A DNA stretch of 63,161 nt, filler included, from Octopus bimaculoides (Eukaryota), in the NCBI RefSeq assembly GCF_001194135.2. It is 5 parts of 4 records of this genome, joined end to end, with 100 filler letters (N's around TTAATTAATTAA, not from the genome) between each part and the next. Parts side by side here need not be neighbours in the genome. Positions count along the whole stretch, not along the records: positions 35,228 to 44,882 come from NC_068985.1; positions 44,983 to 57,363 come from NC_068996.1; 3 more parts are not named here. The stretch is one strand, 5' to 3'. Both the position numbers and the translations under genes were made by a program. Under the pieces are notes generated by a model, which saw nothing but the letters and a program-made list of their open reading frames with translations, did not search any database and was not told the DNA's origin. This document shows, piece after piece, positions 39,440 through 52,937 of this stretch. The stretch's first letter is position 1, and each line of letters begins with the position of its first letter.

Positions 39440-40615
39440 GTAAGGAAGTGGTATATGAAAAGCTAATACTAGATGACATTAATATCATAGTTAGGACCAA
39501 CTCTAGTGACGGTCATGTAGAAACAGAAAGGAACGTAATGGAGAGCATCCAGCAAATAGCTAACTCCATCCACCAAAGTATCAAGGTAACTATAGATTAC
39601 CTGACTAAACACCCCAACAATAGGCTCCCAATCCTTGATACTGAACTTTGGTTGGAGACTGTGAACAATAGAGTGTAGCTCCTCCACTCATATTATATGA
39701 AACCCATAGCTTTAAAATATGTTGTTCACAAGAACTCAGCTTTGTCACACAGCATGAAAATTAACATACTGATAGCAGACTTAGTTAGGATAATGAACAA
39801 CATCTCCCCACTATGCAAACCCTATGAAACGAAAAAACATATACAGAACTTCATGCACCACATGCAGTTATCTGGATATGATCAGAAAGATAGGGTTCGA
39901 GTATACAGGGGAGCTAGAAAGAGGTTAGATAAGATTATACGTAATGATGCCAGTGGTACCTGCCCTAGATATAGAAACAAAGAATGGAATAGGATACAAA
40001 GAATTTGTGACAAAGCCAGCAAGGCGAACACGTAGTATAAAACCGACAGATATCAAGGAGTGATGTTTGTAGAGGCCACAGCCCATAGAGAACTAGCGCG
40101 TAGNNNNNNNNNNNNNNNNNNNNNNNNNNNNNNNNNNNNNNNNNNNNNNNNNNNNNNNNNNNNNNNNNNNNNNNNNNNNNNNNNNNNNNNNNNNNNNNNN
40201 NNNNNNNNNNNNNNNNNNNNNNNNNNNNNNNNNNNNNNNNNNNNNNNNNNNNNNNNNNNNNNNNNNNNNNNNNNNNNNNNNNNNNNNNNNNNNNNNNNNN
40301 NNNNNNNNNNNNNNNNNNNNNNNNNNNNNNNNNNNNNNNNNNNNNNNNNNNNNNNNNNNNNNNNNNNNNNNNNNNNNNNNNNNNNNNNNNNNNNNNNNNN
40401 NNNNNNNNNNNNNNNNNNNNNNNNNNNNNNNNNNNNNNNNNNNNNNNNNNNNNNNNNNNNNNNNNNNNNNNNNNNNNNNNNATGGAGGCAACTTGGGTCA
40501 ACTTGACATCCGCATCTTATCCAAGCACCCAAAAGACCCAACTCTAAGACAAATACGGGAGTACGTCCTTATAAATGAAACTTCCCCAATACTAAATAGG
40601 AAATATACATAGATA
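39440..40615 (+). mobile_element. Penelope-like element, Neptune-type (RT C-terminus, gap, GIY-YIG C-terminus)
   Basis: LDDINII, IANSIHQSIKVTIDY...RLPILD, HSYYMK, MQLSGYDQKDR and GVMFVEAT. After the gap, KHPKDPTLRQIREYVLINETSPILN. Confidence 0.8.
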
Positions 40616-41183
40616 TCATACCCATATACCCACATTTTACACAGGTAAAGTAGAACAGTTGACGGGCTTTTATGCAGATAGATGTATGTATGTCTGTGGG
40701 TGTGGGTGTGGGTGTATGTGTGTGTGTGTGTGTGTGTGTGCATGCACATGTATGTATATGTAAACCAACAGGTCTACATACAGACGGGTAGGTACCCACA
40801 TACGCAAATAGAGACTGAAACACGTGACCACATATACACACACACATGACTACATATACACACACACTTGTCCACACATATGAAGATGTGCATCCATACA
40901 TACAAACATGGTACATAGCAGCAAAACACACACACACACACGCACACACACACACAGTCAGACATGCACACACAAGGAGACAGAGGTACATACATATACA
41001 CACATGCACACACATACATAAAAAAATACACAAACACAGGAATATGCAGAATACATACATACATGCAAACACACACATACATATATACATACACACACAT
41101 ACATACATGCATACATACACACACACTGAGACACACACATGCGCAAAAACAGAACGCAGCGTAAATAACGGACAGAGTCAAGA

Positions 41184-41220
41184 CTATTGAAAAGGTTGCA
41201 AGACGCAACGAAAATTTTAG
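41184..41220 (+). ncRNA. Degenerate minimal hammerhead-ribozyme-like motif
   Basis: cta-TTGAAAA-g-gttgc(aagac)gcaac-GAAA-att-t-tag. Stem II is perfect and AAUU is palindromic, but the core has C3U and G8A changes. Confidence 0.4.
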
Positions 41221-42344
41221 GAAAATAAAAATAAGAAATAAGTGGAAATTTTACCGGTGAGTGTGTTAAATTTTAAGGCACAATAAGAAAATGACTCTCC
41301 CCAGACACAACAGAATAATACTAGATAGTTAACGTAAACAAATGGCGAAAAACAGAGGAATGAGAATGAGTTAAAGAGAGAAGATGATGTATATAGGGAC
41401 TCATGTTTGCATAAAAAACATATTAGGTAACATGTATTAATAATAAACGAGAAAAAATAAGTAAAGACAGAAAAGCAATAGTTAATATAACGATTAAAGT
41501 AGCATGTATTTGCTGTGTTTATAAATATGAAAAAGTGAATTTGAAAATCCAACGATAGACCAAAATAAATGTAGGGGAGATAAGTGAGCGGAGAAAGAGA
41601 TGTGTAAAAATTAAACTATGTGAGAAGGATATGGAATGGCAGTTTGGTCGTAATGGTCGAGTTGTTGGGGTGTCGTGCCATTATAAATATAAGAAAAAAT
41701 ACGAGTAGAAGGGTACACATAAGTGTATAAAAATTTACACGTAATATAGAAGAAATATAATCTAATAAGGAGAAGAGTGTGTTTATATTCAGTCATACGT
41801 ATGAAGAGGCATATTTACACATGAGTATATAGATACAGGAATTCGTGTAGATATACGATTAAGGTATACATATAAAATCTGTACAAATATATCCATACAG
41901 GTGCAAAAAAAGTGGGGGCACACACATATACATATAAATACACACACAATAAATTTACCCTACACAACTTATTTACCCTACATAAACAAGTAATTATTAA
42001 AATAGGTATGTTGAGAGGGGGAGAGGTACAAGAAAAGGAGTACATGGACACAATATAAAAATAAAATACAAAAAAGTATAGGTATATTACATAGTAAGGA
42101 AAAATATAATTTCCTTTATCCAAACATGTGGAGAGAAAAAGTGTAGGGAGACATAGATAAAGTGATGGCCCTATATATAGTAGGTCATGCATTTGTCAGA
42201 AGGAAATGTTTAAGAAAAAATGTACAAAGATAGTGTAATGTACAAAGATAGTAATGTAAAGGAGATGTGATAAGTAATTATATTCCAAAGTAAAGAGTAA
42301 TATATAGATATATATTTTGTTTAAATATCAAAAGTAGAGTGAAG

Positions 42345-43831
42345 AGTTATTTCAGATTAATGAATAGGAATTTGGTCATGTTTTCATCCCTAACATTAAC
42401 CAAATTTCCATTCATTCTCATTATGTTATCGCTTTCTTCTAAACATAGCCTACACATTTTATTATTATTTCTATAAGAGGGGGAAGAAGATAGGATTTTC
42501 CAAGAAATGGAGAAATTAATATTGTTTCTTTTGAGGTGCCAAATTTTTTTAGATGGTCCTGTACTATTCATTTTTCGATGGTCTCTAAAAGAAGATTTAT
42601 GGTTATAAATTCTCGATTTAATTTAGTTTTGTGTGCAACCTACGTATATGTATCCAGGGGAGTCCTGAGTTGCTTGGTATACAACTTCTTTCATTTTACA
42701 ATTTCTATCTACTTCACAGGTATTAGGGTTTCGACAATTACAATTTGAATTTGTGAGTTGCGTGATGGTGTTATATCTATATTTTGTTGGATTAATGGAG
42801 TTATAGTTATTAGCAGTATTGCTGTTGTTAATTGTAGGATTATTGAAGGTACTAGGTACAGTTATGGTAGTTATTTTTTTATTATTATAGAATAGATCCA
42901 GTTTCTTATTGTTAAAAGAAGAAATTATCCTAAAACGATTTGGAGAAACTGAAAATCCAAATCTAATTTTTTTATTATTAAATATTTTAGCATATTTAGA
43001 GTTTTTGAAGGTTTTATCAATTATCATTCTAATGGATCTAATAAAGTTATATTTTAAATGTCTAGCAAAAGGGATTATAATCCAAGTAGTATTATTGTTG
43101 TTTGCTTTATTAAAAGGTTGAGTTGTGTTTAGAGGGTCAGCTATTCTCGTACAAGGTATTGGTTTCTTTTTTGCTATTTCATTCCCATCTTTATTAATTT
43201 GAGCGCTATGGTTATGCATGTTATTGAAGTTATTTGGCGTGTTTAGATTTTTTTTCTGTTTATTGGCTTAATGTTCTTATGTTTATCTTTAATTATACAG
43301 CTGTGGTGTTTGTTGTCGATATTCCTAGGTTTATTTATATTAGTGTGGTTAGGAAGGTGGTAATTACTGAAATTTATTTTATTCTTTTCGTTAGTAAAAT
43401 TTTGGTCATGGTGCTCGTATTGGTTGTTTTTTAGTATGGTTATTGTAGTGATGATTGTCGTGTTTTTTGTTGATGTTATGTTTATGACTCATATTCAGAG
43501 TTTTAGTTAAACGTTTATTAGGGTGTATTAATTTATCAGATGACTTGGATTCACTAATATTATCTATGTTGTTAGTTTCATGATTATGTTTAATATGATT
43601 AGTACTTGTGTTGTCGTTTTTATTATACTTAATTTCATATTTATATCCTGCCTTCTTAAGTGCCAGGTTATAATAGTCCTTATGTTTGTTAAATATTTCC
43701 TCGTTAGATGATAGTAGATTTATTCTTCTCTTTATGTTAGTGTTCAGGTTTTCTATAATGTTATAGGGGTGATTGCTGTGCACATTTATGCATGTAATAT
43801 TGGTGTTAGGTTTATGGTAAAGTTGAACCAT
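42345..43831 (-). mobile_element. Penelope-like element, Naiad-type (RT thumb plus GIY-YIG), decayed
   Basis: LYHKPN...SNHP..II...RRINLLSSNEEIFN...ALKKAGY; KIFN; CNCRNPNTC; VVYQA..YIYVGCT; HKSSF; KIWHLK..NINFSISWKIL; KMCRLCLEE. Confidence 0.88.
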
Positions 43832-43913
43832 TTGAACATTGGGGTCTATCTAATCGACTAGCCCCTACCCTGCCCAAAATTTCAGGGATTGTACCTGTAG
43901 TAGAAAGGATTAT
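43832..43913 (+). mobile_element. SINE family B 3' fragment
   Basis: ggggtctatctaatcgact...aaaatttcaggg...gtagaaaggattat. Confidence 0.75.
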
Positions 43914-44197
43914 AAACACACACACACACGCGCGCGCGCATATCATAGATAGCCTTTGANNNNNNNNNNNNNNNNNNNNNNNNNNNNNNNNNNNNNNNNN
44001 NNNNNNNNNNNNNNNNNNNNNNNNNNNNNNNNNNNNNNNNNNNNNNNNNNNNNNNNNNNNNNNNNNNNNNNNNNNNNNNNNNNNNNNNNNNNNNNNNNNN
44101 NNNNNNNNNNNNNNNNNNNNNNNNNNNNNNNNNNNNNNNNNNNNNNNNNNNNNNNNNNNNNNNNNNNNNNNNNNNNNNNNNNNNNNNNNNNNNNNNN

Positions 44198-44400
44198 TAC
44201 TGCACAAATTTTAAGAAGAATTCCCTGAATTAGAACGTGGATTATAACGGTACGATTAGTTAGGAACACCTCTAATAGAAAACTAGAACTCTACAAAAAA
44301 AGACTACATACTTTTTTTAAAAACCAAGGACTATCTATTACCATTGAAAACGATAACTGTTATCTTCCTAGACGTCAACTTCAACCTTAATACCAAGAAT
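44198..44400 (+). mobile_element. Naiad-type PLE RT fragment, opposite orientation to 42345-43831
   Basis: FKNQGLSITIE...IFLDVNFNLNTKN matches the Naiad RT palm/thumb. Confidence 0.7.
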
Positions 44401-44424
44401 AGTGTTGGCATTGATTTAAATGTT

Positions 44425-44625
44425 TCGGCCCGCTTAGCCTTCATTGGATTCCCGGATTGAGCGGTGTGTTATGTTCTTGAGCAAAACACTTCATCCCACG
44501 TTGCTTTGCGATCACGTCGACATCTAATATATGGTACACCGTGCATCTCTGCAGGCAATATTAATTTGATAGAGGGAACGTGCTAATGTGCAGCACAAAA
44601 ATTTGACCACTATTCCAGGAAAATT
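44425..44625 (+). mobile_element. SINE family C, decayed
   Basis: gtgttatgttcttgagcaaaacacttcatcccacgttgct, similar to 49400 and 55325. Confidence 0.65.
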
Positions 44626-44725
44626 CACGATATATTTATTTATTTATTTATTTATTTATTTATATTAAGGTCATTAATATAAATTAATATAAATAAATAT
44701 ATTTATAAGGAATAATTAATAAGTT

Positions 44726-44882
44726 GGATCTATTTTAAAACGGGGGCCACATTTTTCATTAATGTTTTACGTAGTGTTTTTGGTACCGAAAGACTTTCAA
44801 ACTTCGTATACTTATCTATTTTGTGTTATAAAACAGAAAAATATTTTTGTATTCGAATTTATTTCATGTAAAAAATTGTCTT
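44726..44882 (-). mobile_element. Second copy of the telomeric-palindrome MITE (one arm, cut by gap)
   Basis: Near-exact reverse complement of 15643-15799. Confidence 0.9.
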
Positions 44883-45055
44883 NNNNNNNNNNNNNNNNNN
44901 NNNNNNNNNNNNNNNNNNNNNNNNNNTTAATTAATTAANNNNNNNNNNNNNNNNNNNNNNNNNNNNNNNNNNNNNNNNNNNNGTATTTTATCTAATTTTC
45001 CGATTATATAACAAAGCATGCGGCGCATAGCTTGCATGTCTGAGACTGCACGCCA

Positions 45056-45179
<124 letters not shown>

Positions 45180-45181
45180 CA

Positions 45182-45212
<31 letters not shown>

Positions 45213-46789
45213 GTGTATGTATGTATGTAGTTTTTATAAATGTGTTTGTAAGTAATAAGTGAGAAGAAAAAAATGTGGAGCAGCTGAATATACAAACGTT
45301 GTATTATGTAACATGAGTAGCCTTAAAGCAACGGTTGAGCAAATTCTGTACAGAAAAAAAAATTAGAAATAAACAAAAATGGAAATAAAAATAAAAATGT
45401 TGTGTTTGGTGAAGAATGAATGCCACTGACTGGCAAGTAGTAAGTCAGATTAGGGTCACAGTCAGTGAAGGCATATTTGTCTGTAAAAAGTGAACAAAAA
45501 AAAGTAATAGATTTTTTTGAAACATACATAAAAAAAACATCAAGAAAATGTATTAGAAAAAAGGCAACGAATATATCTTAATATAATAAATAAACTTGAA
45601 GTGGAACCTCTAGTAAGGCTTTTCCCTGTGAAAGAGGTCCTTAAAAACACACCCCGAGTAATTCACAATTTCTCTCTATCCCCATCTCTTTCTTTCACGT
45701 ACCCTGATTCCCCTCTCAATCAACTCGTACATAGAGACACCCACACACACACACAAGCACACACACTCAAGCACACACACATACACACACAAACACACAC
45801 ACACATATATATATATACATACATTTATATATGTGTATGTACGTATGTATGTTTATATGCAGAGAGACAAAGAAAAGAGAGACGCCTTTATTTTTATTTT
45901 CTCTCTCTTTAAATCTCTTATATTTCTTACTAGATCTGTCTGTCGTCTTTTCTCTCTCTCTCTGTATTCAAGATTTTGCCACTGTTTTTCCAAGCCCTTC
46001 CATGTTACTCGATATTTACTCTCTTGCATATTCTTTACATTACTTTCAGTTTTTCTTACTATTTCTAACAATCTCCATCACTGAAACTGTTTCTCTTCAT
46101 TTTGTTTTTTTCTTTATTTTTTCTTTCTATCTTTACACCTTTTCGTTTTTCTCAGTCTATGATTTATATTTTGTTATTTATTTTGTCTCTCCTTTTCTTT
46201 CTTTCGTATGTTTTTCTGTCACATAATTTTAAAGTCTTCTTTTAAATAACATTGAACACGCACGTCAATAGTTTCTTGAAAAGTCCTGCAAGTTAGAGGC
46301 AAGAACCAACCCCTGTCCTTCATCAGCAAATGCAGAAGAGTTGCTCATAAATCAAATAACAACATTTCCTTATCTCTCGCTTTTTTACCTTAGGGTGAAT
46401 GACGAAAGTCCGAAGTGTCATATTTCATTTTTCATTTTCGTAGTAATTCAGCCTATCAAAGTCTGCTAATTTCTCTACAATGTACTAATTGTACAAGATG
46501 ACGTTGACCAACAGCTTAGTATTTCACTTGTAACACATTTGATGTATTTTGTTGTTAATGATTAATCATTTTTCTCCTCTACGGCGAAATTTCTAAATGA
46601 ATAAAGTAAGAGACTGTAGTGTTTATCGACGCAAAAAGCCATTACCAGTTGCTTTCATCACAACCAACAGATGAACACTAGTAACAAGATTATATATGGT
46701 TATTTTAATAATGTTATTTCTGGAAAGATGTTCGATGGACCCTGATAACAACGCAGCAATAAAGCCACAATTCGAAAGAGGTGCGTGCA

Positions 46790-48182
46790 ACTCGATTTCA
46801 TGCAGAATATGTGTTGCTTTAAAGAGCCACTTCGCTCCTCGGTTGGGGATTGAGAGTGAACCGGAGACGGCGGCGGCCAATAAAAGCTAACGAAATACGG
46901 GAAGTGACGACCGACTGCACGATGGAGAAGTCGCCTGGGCTGGGTAGTCTTCCGCACGAGCTCTACCGTCATATGCCAGACTTGTTTGGGATCTTCTTAG
47001 CAGAAATCTACTGCAACTAGCACCAGAACAGGAAAATTCCCAGTCCTGCAGAAAGAAATGTAGCGGTGGTACTGAGAAAGGAGCCGAAAAAGAGGGATGG
47101 TTTTGATGACTTCAGGCCCATAACTTAGGTAAACGTAGAGTTGAAGATTTTTGTAAAGATCTTAGTTAAGTGGTTAGCGCTTGTCGTTGATACTCTGGTA
47201 GAGGAGATACAAACACGTGCCATACCAGTCAGGTCTGTCCCCGACAACTTCTACCTCACGTGATGCATTAAAGAAAGTGTAGGTAAAGAACCTGGTATTA
47301 ACGAGGCCCTGATAAACTTCGTTCAGACTAAAGTTTTCCATAGGACCGACCTTCAATGCTTGGTGACTGTCCTGGAAGCGGGCTCGTCTGTACAGCGATA
47401 TTTGATTGGTGAGCAGAGTAGACGACAATATGTCAGAATCTTTCAGTATTACGTGATCTGTACGTCAACAGTGTCCGTCTGTCCTTACTTCTCTACGTAG
47501 TGGCTTTATAGCCACCACTGCAGCGGTTGGTAGTTTGAAGAAGAATCGAGTGAGAACTAGGACACGGAATATCCATGTTTACATATGCAAACGACGTCAT
47601 TGCAACTGAGTCGCACCAAAACACTTCGAGGTGATCGAAACCACTCCAAGGGACCACTAGGCAGCCACAGGAACAGCTCAGCACCAGGACCAGGGAAGAC
47701 AAGTCTAAACCGTTCAAAAGCATCGTTTCCTGGATTGATGAGCAGATGTCAGACGCACTATCCCACAGCTCGTCTAGTCCACAGAGCTGGAAGGCCTGAA
47801 CCAAGCGTAGACTGAGCTGGGAATCAGGCATCTGTGTGCTGTTAAGGCAATACGGGTGATGGAGCATTCTGTAGAAGATTAATGAAAGGTAAAAGCAACA
47901 ACGTCCTCGTGGAAACCCTGGGCGTTGATGAAAGTCAACTGGCTGGTCTTTTCCGGAAAAAGTTTCGGGACAGGGTCAATGAATAATTTCCAGATATCCA
48001 TAGTCAAGAAGCCTTACCAGGAAACATTGTCCGTCCGAGACATTGGTGTATCTGTTAGAATTTTCCTGTCAAATGTTTGCTTTTATCGTTTACACAGTTT
48101 GTTTTATGTGAATTCTTACTGTCTTTTACGTTTGTATTGTCCGGAATACTCTTTGTGAGCCTTGTGACCAATAAAGAAAGAA
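46790..48182 (+). mobile_element. Internally deleted Tx1-clade LINE (RT to 3' tail)
   Basis: KSPGL, DFRPIT..NVELKI, SVRQQCP, YANDV and ETLGVDESQLAGLF..NFQ. Ends gagccttgtgaccaataaagaaag. Confidence 0.88.
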
Positions 48183-48202
48183 TTAGGATAAATAACACTG
48201 CT

Positions 48203-48540
48203 AAGGAGGCGAGCTGGCAGATAGGATAGCACACCGGGAAAAGTACTAAGCAGTATTTCGTCCGTCTTTACGTTCTGAGTTCAAATGCTGCGAACGTCGA
48301 CTTTACCTTTCATCCTTTCGGAGTTGATAGATTGGGTACGTATCAGTCATATACCCGTACCCGACAAAAATCTTAGGCGGTATTTCGGTCGTCTTCAGGT
48401 TCTCAGTTCAAATTCTGCCGAGGTCGACTTTGCCTTTCATCCTTTCGGGATCGATGAAATAAGTACCAGTTACACACTGGGGTCGATGTAATCGATTTAC
48501 CTCATCTCTCAAAATTGCTGGCTTTGTGCCAAGATTGGAA
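48203..48540 (+). mobile_element. Two adjacent SINE family B copies
   Basis: gcgagctggcag...gttctgagttcaaat (48203-48345) and ggtatttcg...aagtaccagttacacactggggtcgat (48372-48540). Confidence 0.85.
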
Positions 48541-48542
48541 AC

Positions 48543-48619
<77 letters not shown>

Positions 48620-48632
48620 GGAGTAGTAGTAA

Positions 48633-48674
<42 letters not shown>

Positions 48675-48707
48675 CAGTAGTAATAGCAGCAGCAGCAGCA
48701 ACAGCAC

Positions 48708-48758
<51 letters not shown>

Positions 48759-48900
48759 CAGCAGCAGTAGTAGAAGGAGGAGGAGGAGGAGGTGGAATAG
48801 TAGTAGTAATAGGAGTAGTTGTTTTTCGTTATTTAAACTCCTGTGGTTAATAAAAAAATCATTACTACTACTACTAGTAGTAGTAGTATTATTATCATAT
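48541..48900. repeat. Compound trinucleotide array (ATT)n(ATC)n(AGT)n(AGC)n(AGG)n
   Basis: Direct reading. Confidence 0.95.
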
Positions 48901-49399
48901 ATTGGACGATTCATATTATTAACATCGGCACACACTCACCAATAGCTTGTCAATAATTATTTTTCTTCACCCTAAATTTTTCGCCACATCAATTTTGTGG
49001 CCTTCTCAGTGGGTGTACATTTCTCAAATGACTTAGATTTTTAACCCATTTTTTTCTTCTTCAGCATGGAACCATTGAAATGTAACATAACACACACACA
49101 CACACACACACACCAACAACAACAACAGAAGAGAAAATGTAAACCATTTAAAAATCTATACCTTTTGAAAAGGTATAGTTTGGGGGTAAAAATGCTTGGG
49201 GGTAGAAAAGCAAAACTTTTAAATAACCAGTGAGTGTGTTCATAGGTTTCCATCATATGACTGTCAAAATACAACAATATTGGTTTCAGGTGAAAGCTTT
49301 ATAAGTCAAATTCATAAACGAATTTTTGTTGCTGCTACTCTCCCCCTACCCTTTCTTCTTCATGATGACGTCATTCCACTTTATCTATCGTTCAAATAT

Positions 49400-49645
49400 C
49401 ACGTGACTTAGTGATTAGGGCATTCGGCTCATGATCGTAAGGTCGTGAGTTCAGTTCCCGGCGACGCGATGTGTCCTTGAGCAAGACGCTTTATTTCACG
49501 TTGTTCCAGTCCAATCAGCTTGCAAAAAATAATTATAACTGCTACTCAAAGGGCCAGCCTTGTCACGCTGAATCTCCCTGAGAACTACGTTAAGGGTACA
49601 CGAGTCTGTGGAGTGCTCAGACACATGCGCGTTAATTTCTCGAGT
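49400..49645 (+). mobile_element. tRNA-derived SINE family C
   Basis: tagtgattaggg...gtgagttcagttcccgg...gtgtccttgagcaagacgctttatttcacgttg. The 3' end abuts a family B copy. Confidence 0.8.
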
Positions 49646-49885
49646 ATGTTATTTTTTTTTACTGCCCACAAGGGGCTACACACAGAGGGGACAAACAAGG
49701 ACAGACAAATGGATTAAGTTGATTATATCGACCCCAGTGCGTAACTGGTACTTATTAAATCGACCCCGAAAGGATGAAAGGCAAAGTCGACCTCGGCGGA
49801 ATTTGAACTCAGAACGTAACGGCAGACGAAATACCGCTCAGCATTTCGCCCGGCGTGCTAACGTTTCTGCTAGCCTGGCGCCTTG
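49646..49885 (-). mobile_element. SINE family B variant with Tx1-type tail
   Basis: Reverse complement of 54160-54396. Confidence 0.88.
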
Positions 49886-50493
49886 TTATGTTGTTCCGCT
49901 GATTGGATCAACTGGAACGCTCGTCGTTGTAACCGACGGAGTGCCAGAATAACGTCAAGCTTGTTCTATTGACTTATTTCCAACCCATAACCTTTATTTA
50001 TAATCACCAGTAATACGCATCAAATGTCTATCAAATGATGTGTCGGTGGAAACAATAAAGTGTAAAATACTAGCATGTACAACACACATTCATAGCGTAT
50101 ATACAAAAGTGGGACAGCACTAGCTGTAATATTTTCTCTCAAAGAAACAGAAGATTCTTTAAAACGAAATATTACAGATAGTGCCGTTCCATTTTTTTTT
50201 TTTTTTTTTGTATGCGCAAACATGCATTGAGGATGATAGAATCATCTGTTCCAGAGTCGCAATATCTAACTTAACAAAGCTCGTGTTGTTATGCTCGTGT
50301 TGTAGCCCTAGGCAGCTCTGCTGTCTCAATGGAAGGGAATGAAACACCTACAGACCATCTTCACCTTTTGATGAGATATCGAATCCTGTATTCCGAGATA
50401 ACGTAGAGCAACAGTCTTAGCATACGAATGTTCAACCTAAATGTTACATCTTGATAGGTGTTTCACAAAAACAGAAAAAAAAAAACTTTTTCA

Positions 50494-50900
50494 AGGCGCA
50501 GGAGTGGCTGTGTGGTAAGTAGCTTGCTTACCAGCCACATGGTTCCGGGTTCAGTCCCACTGCATGGCACCTTGGGCAAGTGTCTTCTATTATAGCCTCG
50601 GGCCGACCAAAGCCTTGTGAGTGGATTTGGTAGACGGAAACTGAAAGAAGCCCGTCATATATATATATATATATATGAGTGTGTGTATATGTTTGTGTGC
50701 CTGTGTTTGTCCCCTTCCCCAACATCGATGGACAACCGATGCTGGTGTGTTTAGGTCCCCGTAACTTAGCGGTTCGGCAAAAGAGTCCGATAGAATAAGT
50801 ACTAGGCTTACAAAGAATAAGCTCTGAGATCGATTTGCTCGACTAAAGGCAGTGCTCCAGCATGGCCACAGTCAAATGACTGGAACAAGTAAAAGAGTAA
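50494..50900 (+). mobile_element. SINE family A, full length
   Basis: Near-identical to 16984-17400. Confidence 0.92.
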
Positions 50901-51367
50901 GTTCTCCAAAATATATTCGTAGATCTTATGATGCATTTGAGTGTTGAAAACACTGGAGAATACTGTTAAATACTGCAAAGTATTTATTGCACAGTAATTA
51001 CACATTAACATAGAACACTGGAAAGTTGTTTGGTATTATTTATTCCGCATTATATGCTTCATTTCTAATTGGAGTTTATGTAGAAAAACATTTAAGACAT
51101 ATAGCTCTTCAGACATACATACATGCATACATACATACATACATACATACACAAATACCGTGTTGATGTTGTTGAAATTCCAGTGAAGGAGTCTTGGATC
51201 TAGGTTAGAAACCCGCTCTTTCTCTATTGGCAAGAAATCTTGAAATATAACTGAATAATGACATACATACATATATGAATTAATACATATATACATACAT
51301 GCAGGCGTACATGCATTAATACATCAATATATACATACATATATACACACACATACGTGTGTATGTA

Positions 51368-51436
<69 letters not shown>

Positions 51437-51789
51437 AACGGCCTTCTTTCAGTTTCTATACACCAAATCCATAAGGCTTTGATCGATCCGAGGTTATGGT
51501 AGAAAACACTTATTCAGTGGGACTAAAACCTGAATAATGCGGTTCGAATGTCATGCAGAAGAGCGACGTGCCCTTAAGTGACTCTGTAAACCAACCTTTG
51601 TACGACAGGCTCTTGCACATGTGAGACAAATAGTTCGGTCTTGATCAGATGGAGGTTGTGACGATGATATTCCCGTCATTGGTGTACCTCATTCGTTCCT
51701 TTGGTCTTCACAAAATTGCCTGCAGCAGTCTAGATATGTGTGTTTTTGTGTTTATCCTTGCTTCTCCGCTGGGAAGCTGACTTTGTCCT

Positions 51790-51900
51790 AAAGGGATGTA
51801 AGTCAAAGTCGACCTTGACGGAATTTGAACTCAGAACTTAAAGATGGACGTACTGCCACTGAGCATTTTGCTTGGCGTCCTAACGTTTTTTGCCAGGTCA
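51790..51900 (-). mobile_element. SINE family B 5' part
   Basis: caaagtcgaccttgacggaatttgaactcagaac...gagcattttgcttggcgtcctaacg. Confidence 0.8.
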
Positions 51901-52007
51901 CTGCTTTTAGAGTTAATCTTATTAATAGTAACAGAGGTGTTCTCCACATAAATTTGTCATGTGGTACGATAAATCAGAGAAAGCAGAGATTTTTGTCTTA
52001 GGTATTT

Positions 52008-52097
52008 CTCTTCTTCTTCTTCTTCTTCTTCTTCTTCTTCTTCTTCTTCTTCTTCTTCCGCTTCCTCTTCTTCTTCCGCTTCTTCTTTTTTTCTTCT

Positions 52098-52138
<41 letters not shown>

Positions 52139-52275
52139 TTCTTCTTCTTCTTCTTCTTCTTCTTCTTCTTCTTCTTCTTCTTCTTCTTCTTCTTCTTCTT
52201 CTTCTTCTTCTTCTTCTTCTTCTTCTTCTCCTTCTTCTTCTTCTTCTTCTTCTCCTTCTTCTTCTTCTTCTTCTT
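52008..52275. repeat. (TTC)n microsatellite
   Basis: Direct reading. Confidence 0.97.
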
Positions 52276-52893
52276 GTGTGTGCGCGCGCGCGCGTTTCTT
52301 GGAATCATTGCAAAATGTCATGAACATGATAACTTCCAATTTCAAAACTTATGCAATTCTCAGACGTCATTTCTCAGATAAAAAGGAATTTATATTTCAT
52401 AAAGATGGTCAATGCTTATTGCACGAATTTAAATTCCCGTCGATTCATTCTGTAATGCAATTTAGAATCTTTAGTTGCAAGCTGCTTAGATCAACTGACA
52501 TTCTAAGACACAAATATCTCCAACATCATTTTCATGTATTTATTAATAAACATGGAGGGCCAAATAACCAATGAAATGTCGCCCATAGTAAACCTCAAAA
52601 ATTTGGCATCTTTCTTAAAATCTTCTCATTCTTTCACTTAAAGAAATATCGTTTATTTAAACCATCCCTCCTCCCGCCCACCACCCGCCGTTTTCCAGGA
52701 GTCAACTTTTCACTTAAATCAAATTATTCCCGACTGCTAGCTAAATCTACAATAACAAACAAAAGTAAGAAAAAAAAGATTCTGAGGAAATATTGGCAAA
52801 ACTAATCACGGTGTAAACAAAATAGCTTGGATCTTATTTCTCTTTGCTTATTTGGCTGTAGGCCATTTCAGTCAGTTGGCTACTTAAGAGAGT

Positions 52894-52937
<44 letters not shown>

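Noticed and set aside
50355-50445. Possible minus-strand exon VEHSYAKTVALRYLGIQDSISHQK
   Set aside because: The AG and GT sites are only modest, there are no neighbouring exons, and I recognise no homolog.
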